A stretch of 64,000 nt of DNA from positions 64,846 to 128,845 of the forward strand of contig JAHJIX010000002.1 in NCBI GenBank assembly GCA_018823045.1, written 5' to 3'. Of this stretch, positions 1 to 10,611 are shown in pieces. The notes beneath the pieces were generated by a model, which was not told where the DNA came from, made no database searches, and was given only the letters and a program-made list of their open reading frames with translations. The translations under genes and the position numbers were made by a program. The DNA is from Patescibacteria group bacterium (GTDB lineage Bacteria; Patescibacteriota; Patescibacteriia; Magasanikbacterales; UBA922). The first letter of the stretch is position 1. Every line of letters begins with the position of its first letter.

Positions 1-35
1 ACTTTATTTACCGTGTATTATTAATTCATATTTCT

Positions 36-2072
36 ATGGAAACAATACCAGAAAGACAACCCTCTTCCCCACCGGCAGATCAAGCACCTCTAGAACCTCC
101 TCAAAAAGCAGGGACACTTGATCAAACAAACAGACCAAACTATATACCCAATAATGAAAAAACCACTCCTCCACCTATTCCAGAAGCAGCATTAGAAAGT
201 GATTTAGATATTGATAATATTGAAGAGCTTCCATCAGATTTTCTTATTCGAGAAGAAGAACAAAAAAATACCCGTGAACAAACTCGAGCCGCAAAAGCTT
301 TACTCGACCAAATAAAAAAAGAAGGTATTCCTGTTAACGAAAAATATGTGCAAGCTTTAGGGCCTATTATGGCCCGAACCCGATCTGAACAAGAGGCTGC
401 TGCTATTTTAGATACTGCCGAACAAGCGCTTATTCAATATAGACGAGAGCAATCAAAAACCCAATTAATTAGAGAAATTTTTACTTCTAATTTATCTGCA
501 GAACAAAGTAAATATTATCAGGATCTTCTGCAAAATCCAGATAATTTTGAATTTGTGCAACAACAATTTGCATACGAACAATCTGTCGAAGGACAACTTG
601 AAAAGAGTAAGCGCCAATTATCTTACTTATTGAAACTTTTAGAAACAAAACATCTATCAGAAGATAATCTTGTTGTATTTCATACAAATTTAGAATCTAC
701 ATTATCAAAATTAAAAGATATTGATGGAGCGGAAGAAGAGGTCCACCAATATATTACAGGACAAAATCAATTGATTGAACAATGGAGCCACCAAATAGAA
801 AATTTACCTCAAAAACCTACAAGCATGCAAGAACTAGCTGTTCTTTATAATCTTGCCTTGGGTGTAGATGGTACTGTAGTAAAAGACAGTGCAAACAAAA
901 AACTGTTTAAAAAATTCATGAAAGATCCTACATTTGTAGGGGCATATGAGCGCTTACGTACACAAGCGTCACCATTGGTAGAAGAACCAAAAACATTTTT
1001 AGGGCGTATAAAAAAATCCAAAATTGGTCGTGGACTTCAAGCACTTGGACTATTGGGTGCATTAGCTGGTACAGCAAGACAAGTAGATCAAAGCTTTACA
1101 GATCTTGGCAGAGATATGGCAAAAGCGGCCGCAACAAGACAAGCCCGTGAAAACACTCCTCGCCCTGATTTAGATCAAGGAGTCACAACCTCTGGTGTTG
1201 ATTTTGAAGACATTACAGAAGAAGGCGTTCCTATGACATCTGTGGAAGGACCAGAAATCAATATCGATGCAGTTAACCTCCCGTACCCTCGAGAAGGTGA
1301 AAACTACCCTATCCGAAATGTATTTGGGAGTAGTAATAGTCGTATTGAACCAGATGAACATTCTGTAACATCTTTGAGATTATTAGACTATGGTCCTTTC
1401 GGGAGTATTGTCACTGAGACAGTAACTCCTACAAAAGTAGGAACAAATATCACACCAGAAAAAACAGCATGGCTTCTAGATCCTAATGGCCAGGTTCTTG
1501 ATAGAGTGGACAATTTAAGTCCAGATGGCAAGTTACCAACTAACTTTGAAGCAGCGCTTAGACAAATGCGCTTTCAAGCAACTCGTGCGAGAAATGCGGC
1601 AGATATTCGAGCAGTAGGTGACCTATTGGAAGATGCAATTCCAGGAGATACAGATTTTGAGGAAGCATTTGAAGGAGTAAATCCTGATGCAGATCCACGT
1701 ACATCAACGCCAGAAAGTCGTCTCTCTACAGAAGTTGATACACCAACATCAACAGCAGATATTGATACCACCACCCCAACTACGCTTAGACAAAAAGCTG
1801 TTTCTAGTGGACAAAAGATATCTACTCCAGCAGTATCTAGTGGACAAAAACCAGAAGTAGCCCCTAATTTCCCAGAGACTCGTCGTCAAAAAGGTGATCG
1901 ACTACCAACTATTCACTTTGTGCGATCAGGTGATGGTACACCACTAAGAAAAGCTGAATTAAACGCAATGAAAAAAAAAGCAGTTAAAGAATTACGAGAA
2001 AAACATCCAGATTTAACTGATGATGAGGTTCAAACAATTCTTGACAAAGCAGAACAAGAATATAATCAGTAA
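36..2072 (+). CDS. hypothetical large hydrophilic Pro/Glu/Gln-rich protein (orphan)
   Basis: 678-aa uninterrupted ORF, low complexity, no signal peptide or TM. Followed directly by a hairpin terminator. Confidence 0.5.
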   Translation: METIPERQPSSPPADQAPLEPPQKAGTLDQTNRPNYIPNNEKTTPPPIPEAALESDLDIDNIEELPSDFLIREEEQKNTREQTRAAKALLDQIKKEGIPVNEKYVQALGPIMARTRSEQEAAAILDTAEQALIQYRREQSKTQLIREIFTSNLSAEQSKYYQDLLQNPDNFEFVQQQFAYEQSVEGQLEKSKRQLSYLLKLLETKHLSEDNLVVFHTNLESTLSKLKDIDGAEEEVHQYITGQNQLIEQWSHQIENLPQKPTSMQELAVLYNLALGVDGTVVKDSANKKLFKKFMKDPTFVGAYERLRTQASPLVEEPKTFLGRIKKSKIGRGLQALGLLGALAGTARQVDQSFTDLGRDMAKAAATRQARENTPRPDLDQGVTTSGVDFEDITEEGVPMTSVEGPEINIDAVNLPYPREGENYPIRNVFGSSNSRIEPDEHSVTSLRLLDYGPFGSIVTETVTPTKVGTNITPEKTAWLLDPNGQVLDRVDNLSPDGKLPTNFEAALRQMRFQATRARNAADIRAVGDLLEDAIPGDTDFEEAFEGVNPDADPRTSTPESRLSTEVDTPTSTADIDTTTPTTLRQKAVSSGQKISTPAVSSGQKPEVAPNFPETRRQKGDRLPTIHFVRSGDGTPLRKAELNAMKKKAVKELREKHPDLTDDEVQTILDKAEQEYNQ

Positions 2073-2083
2073 GATCTTAAAAA

Positions 2084-2106
2084 AGACGCCACCCGCGTCT
2101 TTTTTG
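2084..2106 (+). terminator. rho-independent terminator
   Basis: AGACGC-caccc-GCGTCT hairpin followed by TTTTTG. Confidence 0.6.
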
Positions 2107-2179
2107 TTTGCTTCCTTTTTTCGTAGTATTAGTATAATTATATTTTTTTTGGTATACTACCTATACTAATTATATCTCT

Positions 2180-3913
2180 ATGTCTCACCTATTTGATAGA
2201 TACCCAATTTCATTGGCTCCTCAAGAAACACTAACTGAAAAGCTTCACCCAGAAGATCGACGTTTTTTGATCTCTCAACTCCCTGCGATGATCGAAAAAG
2301 GACGAGTACAATTAAACGAAACACAACAACACGTTTGGGACGATATTGAAGCACAAAAAAATGCATACAAAATAGAAGAAAATGAAGATAAAAAATTAGA
2401 GCTAAAAAAAGCCATCTTGTTAGCAATGAAGGCATTTATTAATTCATTAGATGAATCTGTTGTGCTACCAATTATTAAAAGTAGAGAAGTGACAGATAGC
2501 CAAACAGAAATGCCAGCAGTGACTGCACCAAGTTCCACAAAAAATCCTTCTACGGGACCACTTCCCTCTGACAGCCGAGGATCTTCCCTTCACTTTTCTA
2601 CACACGGTCACGGTATTGATACACCCACCCCAACAGGAGAACCTGATCCAAATGACACAATAGAAGATCCCCCAAGACAGCCCGAGCATGTTGTTGTTGA
2701 ACCTATTCCAGAAGAAATACAGCAGCAAATAGAAGAACTTCGTCAAGCGATTAACAAAAGAAAAGAAGAAGGATATCGTCCAACAACGAGACAAAAAGAA
2801 TTAATCCAACAAATGAAGGCATTAAGAAGTTTGTTGTTGAATAAAAATAATCCACTTGTAGATACAAAAGAGAATCTTTCACGTACACAAACGATTGATC
2901 AGCTTAAAAGTGTCATAAATACATTACTCTATGAACTGTATTTACCAAATGACAACAGAGATAGTCAGACAACACAGACAGGAGATACATCTCCTGGCAT
3001 GCCAATTCCACCTCAGGTAAACATGCCAAATGAATCATTATTAAGACCAGAAGAAACACCACCGATAAGATTCCCTACCACTGCAGAAATTGATGCCGAA
3101 GCTATACAAGAAGAAATGGAACGTAGAGGTGTTGAATATAAGGAATATTCTGTAATTCAACCATCTTCAGCACCAGCACCAAGAGAAAATGTATCTACTC
3201 CCGAAGTAGATAATACCTTACCAGAAACAACAAAGAAAATAAAAGAATATTTGCAAGAATTAGCAATGCGCTATCCCTTATTTGGAGATATAAACGCTCT
3301 TCCTTTTATCCAACAAGAAATAGATCTTGCGCACACAAAAACGCCAGGGTTCTTTGCTCGATTACGAGGACATGATGCTACATCATATCGTCTTTTGGTC
3401 TTAGAAAAATCTCTTGAAAAAAAGATGAAAGATACCATGAATATGGTTGGGCGTATCCAAAAATTAGGTGTGTCGAGCTTTATTGCAGGTCGTGTAACAC
3501 TTGCGTTGCTTCAAACAGAAAACCCTTCTGCAGAAAAAGAATTTTTTACTTATGTAAAAAAAGGGAAAAAAGAATTAGCCCAATTCCCTATTGAGCACAT
3601 TATTCAAAGAGCCATTAAGAAAACAACAGGACAGGAAATTAATTTTGAAATTCCACAACCCCAACCAGTAATTTCAGCAATTCAAAATCCTCCTAGAGAA
3701 CAATTGCAACAAGCAAATCCTGAAAATAAAAATTTGTTTAAAGATGGAGACATTGTTAAATATACAACAAAACAAAACAAGACAGGAGAGTATATTTTTG
3801 TTGGGATAGAACCATCTACAGGAAAAGCAATCCTTCAACATAAAGAACGAGGACTCCAATTTACCGTACCAAAAGATCGTCTTGATCAGATAAAACCAGT
3901 AGCCACAGCTTAA
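2180..3913 (+). CDS. hypothetical Pro/Thr/Glu-rich protein (orphan)
   Basis: 577-aa ORF. The upstream region shares the 10-nt motif ACTACCTATA with the next gene. Confidence 0.5.
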   Translation: MSHLFDRYPISLAPQETLTEKLHPEDRRFLISQLPAMIEKGRVQLNETQQHVWDDIEAQKNAYKIEENEDKKLELKKAILLAMKAFINSLDESVVLPIIKSREVTDSQTEMPAVTAPSSTKNPSTGPLPSDSRGSSLHFSTHGHGIDTPTPTGEPDPNDTIEDPPRQPEHVVVEPIPEEIQQQIEELRQAINKRKEEGYRPTTRQKELIQQMKALRSLLLNKNNPLVDTKENLSRTQTIDQLKSVINTLLYELYLPNDNRDSQTTQTGDTSPGMPIPPQVNMPNESLLRPEETPPIRFPTTAEIDAEAIQEEMERRGVEYKEYSVIQPSSAPAPRENVSTPEVDNTLPETTKKIKEYLQELAMRYPLFGDINALPFIQQEIDLAHTKTPGFFARLRGHDATSYRLLVLEKSLEKKMKDTMNMVGRIQKLGVSSFIAGRVTLALLQTENPSAEKEFFTYVKKGKKELAQFPIEHIIQRAIKKTTGQEINFEIPQPQPVISAIQNPPREQLQQANPENKNLFKDGDIVKYTTKQNKTGEYIFVGIEPSTGKAILQHKERGLQFTVPKDRLDQIKPVATA

Positions 3914-3979
3914 TACTCCGTTGCTTTTTATTACAAACTATCCTACACTACCTATATAGACTTTTGATATATTAATTAT

Positions 3980-5401
3980 ATGGTTAACCACAGAGACATA
4001 CCGCCCCCTACTCCTCCCCAACCTTCTTCTGAAATTGGACGTCCAGCAACTGATTTAGCACTTGGTAGAATGGGAGGAGCCATCCCAGATATCACAAAAC
4101 CTCCACAAAATACGACTGATCAAGGATGGGCAGCTCAAAAAGCAAGAGCAGCTGCAGTACGAGAACAGGCTGCTCAAGTGACAGCAAAAGATACCGGTAG
4201 AGGAAGAGAGGCTACATACGGTGGAAAGATACATGTAGAGACCGGTTTACGACATGAGATTGCGGGGACGGGGTCTGCTGAATCAGAAAAGAGAACACAA
4301 GCAGCTGAAATCCTTGCAGAACTTGATCAACAAATTAAAAAATTACAACAAAATACTGAAGGACCAGATCCGAATATTGTTGGACCTATTATTAATGAGC
4401 TCATATCAAAAATCACAAAACTTCAAACAGATTCGTCTGTTGGTTTCACAATGCAAGAACTTCAACAACTTAGAGCAAAAAGAAATCTCCTTATAAAGCT
4501 AAACAAATCAAATTCTGCATATACATATTCAGATACTCAGACTGTAGGTGGTGAATATATTGTTATTCCACCAGCCTATTCCCAATCAGGTGTTGTTTCT
4601 TGGCCAGAACCGGGCGTATTAACCCCAGCAAGAGGTACAAAAATAGAAGATCTTATCCCAGATGAAGGAACTATAGATTTAGTTGAAGAAATTTCCCCTG
4701 AAGAGGGTATATCCTTAGATGAGCAACCTACACCAAAAAGACCACCGCTTTCTCCTGTACAAACAGCTCCCAGCCAAGAACTCCCTCAAATAATCCAATC
4801 TACACTACCACCTCAGCCAAAAATGACCAGGATTATGAATCAAGATATTAATCCGACAGAAGGCAGAAGAAATGCACTATTAAAAGAACTTGGTAAAATG
4901 GGATACAAATTTGATGAAGCTGGGAATATTAAAAGAAGACCACTACGACCCTGGAAGAGAAAAGAAAAAGATCCGTTCTTTATAGCCATGCATGATGAAC
5001 TAAAGATGTTAAGTCCTGAGTATAGACAAAAGCATCCACTACCTCGTCCAATACATACAACAGAGCTACCTCAAGTAACGAAAAAGGATATTAGACGACT
5101 TGATCCACAACAACAACGTACTAGAGAAACTCACTTAAAAAATATATCTGATAAAAAAATTGAAAATGAATTTGGAAAATTAGAACATAAAACAGTTCCT
5201 GAACTTCGTAATCTATTCCATGCTAAATACCCAGGATTTAAAATAGATTCAAAAGGATTTGTTATTAAAGAACCTCGAATGCCTTGGAATAAAACTGTTA
5301 AAAAAGAACCTCTATTTAATAATCTCTTAATGATAATTGGCAAAAAGCATGATGAGTTGGCGCAAAGACTCCAACAAGAAAATTTAAAGAGATATACATA
5401 A
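3980..5401 (+). CDS. hypothetical Pro-rich protein (orphan)
   Basis: 473-aa ORF, upstream ACTACCTATA motif, followed by a strong terminator. Confidence 0.5.
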   Translation: MVNHRDIPPPTPPQPSSEIGRPATDLALGRMGGAIPDITKPPQNTTDQGWAAQKARAAAVREQAAQVTAKDTGRGREATYGGKIHVETGLRHEIAGTGSAESEKRTQAAEILAELDQQIKKLQQNTEGPDPNIVGPIINELISKITKLQTDSSVGFTMQELQQLRAKRNLLIKLNKSNSAYTYSDTQTVGGEYIVIPPAYSQSGVVSWPEPGVLTPARGTKIEDLIPDEGTIDLVEEISPEEGISLDEQPTPKRPPLSPVQTAPSQELPQIIQSTLPPQPKMTRIMNQDINPTEGRRNALLKELGKMGYKFDEAGNIKRRPLRPWKRKEKDPFFIAMHDELKMLSPEYRQKHPLPRPIHTTELPQVTKKDIRRLDPQQQRTRETHLKNISDKKIENEFGKLEHKTVPELRNLFHAKYPGFKIDSKGFVIKEPRMPWNKTVKKEPLFNNLLMIIGKKHDELAQRLQQENLKRYT

Positions 5402-5410
5402 CCTATCCCA

Positions 5411-5448
5411 AAAAAACAGTAACCCTTCATAGGGTTACTGTTTTTTTC
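5411..5448. terminator. bidirectional rho-independent terminator
   Basis: 10-bp stem CAGTAACCCT/AGGGTTACTG with loop TCAT, flanked by an A-run on the 5' side and a T-run on the 3' side. Serves the plus-strand gene ending at 5401 and minus-strand thrS ending at 5521. Confidence 0.7.
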
Positions 5449-5520
5449 GTTCTAACAGGGGATCCTTCGAGTTTCTCCCGTACTCTGTCGGGACTCATTT
5501 CACTCGCTCAGGATGACATT

Positions 5521-7302
5521 TTATTTTCGCTCTCTAATCTCTTCTTCAATCCGTGCAATAAAATCCTCAAAATTAATGGTCTCTTGTTTTTCTTGTCCAC
5601 GTACACGCACCATGACATCACTTCCTTCAAGTTCGTTATCTCCTACTACCAACATATATGGGACCTTTTGTTGACTTGCTTTGCGAATTTTTTTCCCAAC
5701 AGTTTCATCAGCCTCATCAATACTCACACGAATACCAGCCTCTTTCATTTTTTGAGCAATTTGTTTTGCTCCGTCTAAATGATTTTCTGTTGAAACAGGA
5801 ATAACATGTACTTGTACCGGACTCATCCAAACTGGAAATGCTCCGGCGTAGTGCTCGATTAAAATACCAATAAATCGTTCAAATGATCCAAGAATTGCTC
5901 GGTGAATCATAATTGGCGTTTGCTCTTGATTATGATTATCTGTATATGTTGCACCAAAACGAGCAGGCATAGAGTAATCTACTTGAATTGTGCCACATTG
6001 CCACATTCTTCCGATCGAGTCTTTGATATTAAACTCAATCTTAGGGCCATAGAAGGCTCCCTCGCCGTCTTTTATCTCATACGCGAGTCCTTTATCCTCT
6101 AATGCTTTTTTCAATGCCTCAGTGGCATTTTCCCAATCCTCATCTGATCCAATATACTTCTCTGGTCGTGTTGCAATGTAGATGGTATATTCGGTAAAAC
6201 CAAAAGCGGTATAAATATCTTGTGCATACTCTACCATGTCGACAATTTCTTGCTGCAATTGCTCTGCACGACAAAATGAATGCGCATCATCTTGGGTAAA
6301 GGCACGCACACGAAATAATCCATGGAGCACCCCAGATTTTTCATGACGATGGACTAAGCCAAATTCCCCATTTCGAATTGGAAGCTCTTTGTATGAATGT
6401 GGTCGTGCTTTATAAATCATAAGCCCACCCGGACAATTCATTGGTTTCACGGCATATTCTGCTTCGTCAATTTCTGTAAAATACATGTTGTCACCAAATT
6501 TATCCCAGTGTCCACTGGTTACCCACAAATCTTTGTTTAAGATAATTGGTGTTTTTACTTCTGAATACCCACGTTTGCGATTTTCCATGCGGATAAATTG
6601 CTCCAGTTCTGAGTAGACCACCATCCCATTTGGATGCCAAAATGGAAAACCAGGGCCAGACTCTTGGATAGAAAATAAATCTAATTCTTTCCCTAATTTT
6701 CGGTGATCCCGTTTTTCTGCTTCTTCAAGCATGTGGAGGTATGCGTCCAACTCTTCTTGTGTAGAAAATGCAATCCCATAAATACGTTGAAGTTGCGCCT
6801 TGTTTTCGTCTCCTCGCCAATATGCTCCCGCAAGTTTTGTTAATTTAAACGCACCCAACTGACCAGTGGATTCTAAATGTGGCCCAGCACACAAATTAAC
6901 GCTGAGTGCTTTATCTAATTCTTCACCAATATAATAAAAACTAATGTCTTCTCCTCGTGCAATAATTCCTTCGACCAATTCCAATTTATATGGATCATCT
7001 TTACAAATAGCACGTGCTTCTTCTGCACCAACAACTGCTTTTTTAATTGGCAAATCTTTGTTCACAATCCAACGCATTTTCTTTTCAACGGCTTTAAATT
7101 CCTTTTCTGAAAATTGAACATCACCAAAATCGAAATCTTGGTAAAATCCATCATCCGTCCAAGGTCCTACCCCCAAACCAACCTTATGCATCATTTCAAC
7201 AGCAGCCGTCATAATATGACTGGCACTATGTTTTCTTCGAATTTCTAAATCACTTTTTTCCATATATGCTATATTAAATAAGTTACGATTAATATTATTC
7301 AT
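5521..7302 (-). CDS. thrS: threonine--tRNA ligase (class II; editing domain present, N-terminal TGS domain apparently absent)
   Basis: HSASH editing-domain motif. Class II motifs include FRVRAFTQDDAHSFC and the anticodon-binding C-terminal region. 593 aa. Confidence 0.9.
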   Translation of the reverse strand: MNNINRNLFNIAYMEKSDLEIRRKHSASHIMTAAVEMMHKVGLGVGPWTDDGFYQDFDFGDVQFSEKEFKAVEKKMRWIVNKDLPIKKAVVGAEEARAICKDDPYKLELVEGIIARGEDISFYYIGEELDKALSVNLCAGPHLESTGQLGAFKLTKLAGAYWRGDENKAQLQRIYGIAFSTQEELDAYLHMLEEAEKRDHRKLGKELDLFSIQESGPGFPFWHPNGMVVYSELEQFIRMENRKRGYSEVKTPIILNKDLWVTSGHWDKFGDNMYFTEIDEAEYAVKPMNCPGGLMIYKARPHSYKELPIRNGEFGLVHRHEKSGVLHGLFRVRAFTQDDAHSFCRAEQLQQEIVDMVEYAQDIYTAFGFTEYTIYIATRPEKYIGSDEDWENATEALKKALEDKGLAYEIKDGEGAFYGPKIEFNIKDSIGRMWQCGTIQVDYSMPARFGATYTDNHNQEQTPIMIHRAILGSFERFIGILIEHYAGAFPVWMSPVQVHVIPVSTENHLDGAKQIAQKMKEAGIRVSIDEADETVGKKIRKASQQKVPYMLVVGDNELEGSDVMVRVRGQEKQETINFEDFIARIEEEIRERK

Positions 7303-7697
7303 CTACATCATTTATGTAAATGCAATGTTCTTATTTTTTCTTTGATAAGCTCCTGCCTAAGGGTGGCTGAGAGTGACTCTACAGCCATTTTTGAAAAGAA
7401 AACATAAGAATATTGCATGACTTTATAAACCTATACAATTTAAAAACCCCAGTGCAACATGTCCAACTCATATTAGACACATCGCACCGGGGTCATTATA
7501 CTTTTGTATAAAGACGGTTCCACCCGAACGTTTTACTTTACTCTATTTTTACATCTTCCAATAGGAGTACCATAAAAACAATGATCGAGAAGACTCTCAG
7601 CAATATGTCTTCTTCTCTGTCGACCAATACATTTCCTGGGCTGACTATTGTACGTATATAGTAAGACTACTAAAAAACATCACTTTTGTCAATAATA

Positions 7698-8903
7698 TTA
7701 CTCCACCTCTTGCACAAACACCGTCAAATGCTCATTAATATGAGGAACACTTCTCATCCACGCTGGATGAAACTCAACCTCAACTTTATGAACATGATCA
7801 AGTGATAATAGATACCGCCTTACTTCATCTTTTGTTTTTCCAAAAAACATCGCTTTTTCAATTTGATCACTTTCTGGATTTAAACTTACTGTTCCATCAT
7901 AAAACACATGAAGAACTACCTCTTTTGTCAACTCATTATATGAATCAAAGGTCACGGTTGGTGTTGTGTCTGCAGGATGAACCATTTCACCACCATCAAT
8001 TGCTCTCTTCATTAATTGATCTTTTGACCACTCTCCCATTTGCTCTTCATTATAAAAAATTCCCATCACAAGTGCCGTTCCTTTTACATGAAACTCACTC
8101 ACCTCTTTGCCTGGTTCAGTATCTGCCTCAATAGTAATGTCGCCAACATCATAAATACCAGCCATACCACGACCAACTGATTGACTAAATTGCTCTTCAG
8201 ATTTTACCCGAAATGTATTTTTCATTGTCTCAGTTGCGGCATCAATATCTTTTTGAGATAACACACCAAGTGTTCTCACTCCACCTTTCATTGAGCTGTC
8301 ACTTGTCGCATACACATCTTTTTGTCTTGTTGGATTAAGACCCGGAATAACAAATGTAGATGGTCCAATGTCATTTGCGGCTCCCTCCGTATCTGAATAG
8401 ACTTCTACATTGTCTACTGTTCCATTTGCAGGCACGGTTACCCCTGATTTTAAACGAAATAAAACGTTATCACCACTCAGTAAACGAGTTGTCGCAACTA
8501 ATGGCTGTGCTGCCGCTGATGTATTGTGCAATGTAACATACCCTGTTGCTTGCCCTGGTTCTTCTTTTGTTCCTGTAGGGAAAAAAACATCATTTAATAC
8601 AATCTCTGTACTGGTGACCATGTACCCCACCCCATGTAACTCTTCTTCATCGAGTACAAGAGTAAAATCAGTACGTAAGTCAACAGGGGTCTTTTTTGTA
8701 AAAATAGTCACAACTGCTCGTTTTGAAGACATGAAAATAATAATTCCAAGCAGCACTACTGTGATGAGGAGAAATGTTAAAGCGATAAATTTATAAAAAC
8801 GGACAGGCTGCTCTGTAGGAAGCGTGCCCAATTGGCGTGAGGGTCCCATAGACAAATAAATAAATGATCTAATAAATAAAGTAAATATCTTATTCAATAA
8901 CAC
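7698..8903 (-). CDS. hypothetical membrane-anchored protein downstream of pilB
   Basis: N-terminal TM helix, then a soluble domain. Its start overlaps the pilB stop by about 14 bp, so it is co-operonic. Confidence 0.45.
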   Translation of the reverse strand: MLLNKIFTLFIRSFIYLSMGPSRQLGTLPTEQPVRFYKFIALTFLLITVVLLGIIIFMSSKRAVVTIFTKKTPVDLRTDFTLVLDEEELHGVGYMVTSTEIVLNDVFFPTGTKEEPGQATGYVTLHNTSAAAQPLVATTRLLSGDNVLFRLKSGVTVPANGTVDNVEVYSDTEGAANDIGPSTFVIPGLNPTRQKDVYATSDSSMKGGVRTLGVLSQKDIDAATETMKNTFRVKSEEQFSQSVGRGMAGIYDVGDITIEADTEPGKEVSEFHVKGTALVMGIFYNEEQMGEWSKDQLMKRAIDGGEMVHPADTTPTVTFDSYNELTKEVVLHVFYDGTVSLNPESDQIEKAMFFGKTKDEVRRYLLSLDHVHKVEVEFHPAWMRSVPHINEHLTVFVQEVE

Positions 8904-10611
8904 GGAAGACTTCTTCTACTGAAGTCATTCCTTCTAGTGCTTTTAACAATCCATCTTGCACCATCGTTACTGTCCCATGCTCAACGGCAATATGTTTAAT
9001 ATCATACTCAGCAACCTTCCCCGTTAAAATAGATTGCTCAATTTCTTCACTAATAACAAATATTTCATAAATACCTAAACGCCCTTTATATCCAATCCCA
9101 TTACACTCCACACATCCCTCTGCCCCATAATACACTTTTGGGATTTCGGCAACTTCCTTTTTTTCTTGTTCTGGTAATACATCAAATATTTTTTGGATTG
9201 ATTCTTGTGTTTCTGCATCAAGTGTTATTTCTTTTTTACATGCAGGACAAAGCCGTCTCACCAAACGCTGACCAATCACACAATTTAGGGCAGGGGCTAA
9301 TAAAAATGGTTGCACTCCCATAGATAAAAATCTAGGAATTGCCCCAAAGGCATCATTCGTATGGATTGTAGACAACATCAAATGCCCGGTAAGCGCCGCT
9401 TGAATTGCAATTTCTGCTGTTTCTAAATCACGGATCTCCCCCACCATCGCAATATCTGGATCTTGCCGAAGCATTGAGCGCAAACCACTTGCAAATGTAT
9501 ACTCACGACTTCTGTCAATTTGACTTTGATTGACCCCGTCCATTTTATATTCAACAGGATCTTCTAAAGTAATGATTTTAACATCTGAATTGTTGAGCAA
9601 CTTCATGATCGCATATAATGTGGTCGTTTTACCACTTCCTGTTGGCCCAGTCGTAATAATCATGCCATTTGGACGATCAATTTCTTGTTGTAATTTTTTC
9701 AGTGCTCGTCCACGTAAACCAAGATCTCCAAGAGACTGAATCGATTTATTTTGAACAAGTAAACGCATAACAACACTTTCTCCGTATACAGTTGGAATTG
9801 TTGATACACGAATGTCCACAGCTCCCTCTTCAAGACGAATGCCAAAACGTCCATCTTGCGGTGTGTTTGTTACATTAATTTTTAAAGAAGACAATAATTT
9901 CAAACGAGAAATTAATTGCTTATAACTTGTTTTTGGTAATTCAGCGGCATCATGCAAAATTCCATCTAAACGAAACCTCACCATAACTCCACTGTCTTCC
10001 GCTTCAATATGCACATCAGAAGCCCCTAACTTTAATCCAGCTCCCATGATAAATGTTACCAAATCTGTCGTTGTCTTTTTTTTAAGCAATGTTGCAAAAG
10101 AGCTAAAATCTGTTACGGACGCTTGCACTTGAAGCAAATCTTCAGGAGCAATACTAATATCTTTTTTAATCGCTGTCACAATTGGCAGTCGTTTATACAG
10201 TTCAATCACATGATCAAAACTTTGTAGAGAAATCGCATAAATTTCTCCATGTGCATGCATTCGTTCTTCGACTTGATACAACAATTCTTTTACTGCAGGG
10301 TCTTCCGGATTTACTGCCCCAATGCGCACTTCTTCTTGCGTTACAAAAAAACAAATCGCTTGCAACTCTTTTGCTTGCTTTTCAGGTACTTGACGCAATG
10401 CTTCATGCCCAATCGGAAAATGTTCTAAATCAATATAAGAAAATCCACTATGCTTTGCATACTGCTTTACCTCTCGTTCTTTTTCTTTTAAAGAAACATC
10501 TTCCATTTTTTTTGAAAATGCCTCTGATACCTCTGTTGTTGCAATATGCAATACAGGCTTTCCTGTTCCTGACGGATCTGACATATACTTACCCTTTTTT
10601 AAATAATCCAA
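8890..10611 (-). CDS. pilB: type IV pilus assembly / type II secretion ATPase (PilB/GspE family)
   Basis: Walker A motif GPTGSGKTT, Asp/His boxes, and a C-terminal tetracysteine CPACKKE...CVECNGIGYKGR. Confidence 0.85.
   Translation of the reverse strand: MDYLKKGKYMSDPSGTGKPVLHIATTEVSEAFSKKMEDVSLKEKEREVKQYAKHSGFSYIDLEHFPIGHEALRQVPEKQAKELQAICFFVTQEEVRIGAVNPEDPAVKELLYQVEERMHAHGEIYAISLQSFDHVIELYKRLPIVTAIKKDISIAPEDLLQVQASVTDFSSFATLLKKKTTTDLVTFIMGAGLKLGASDVHIEAEDSGVMVRFRLDGILHDAAELPKTSYKQLISRLKLLSSLKINVTNTPQDGRFGIRLEEGAVDIRVSTIPTVYGESVVMRLLVQNKSIQSLGDLGLRGRALKKLQQEIDRPNGMIITTGPTGSGKTTTLYAIMKLLNNSDVKIITLEDPVEYKMDGVNQSQIDRSREYTFASGLRSMLRQDPDIAMVGEIRDLETAEIAIQAALTGHLMLSTIHTNDAFGAIPRFLSMGVQPFLLAPALNCVIGQRLVRRLCPACKKEITLDAETQESIQKIFDVLPEQEKKEVAEIPKVYYGAEGCVECNGIGYKGRLGIYEIFVISEEIEQSILTGKVAEYDIKHIAVEHGTVTMVQDGLLKALEGMTSVEEVFRVIE

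Noticed and set aside
7355-7375. AGGGTGG-like T-box core (ctaagggtggctgagag) in the thrS upstream region
   Set aside because: It is on the plus strand whereas thrS is transcribed from the minus strand. No plus-strand gene follows it, so it cannot be a thrS T-box in this orientation.
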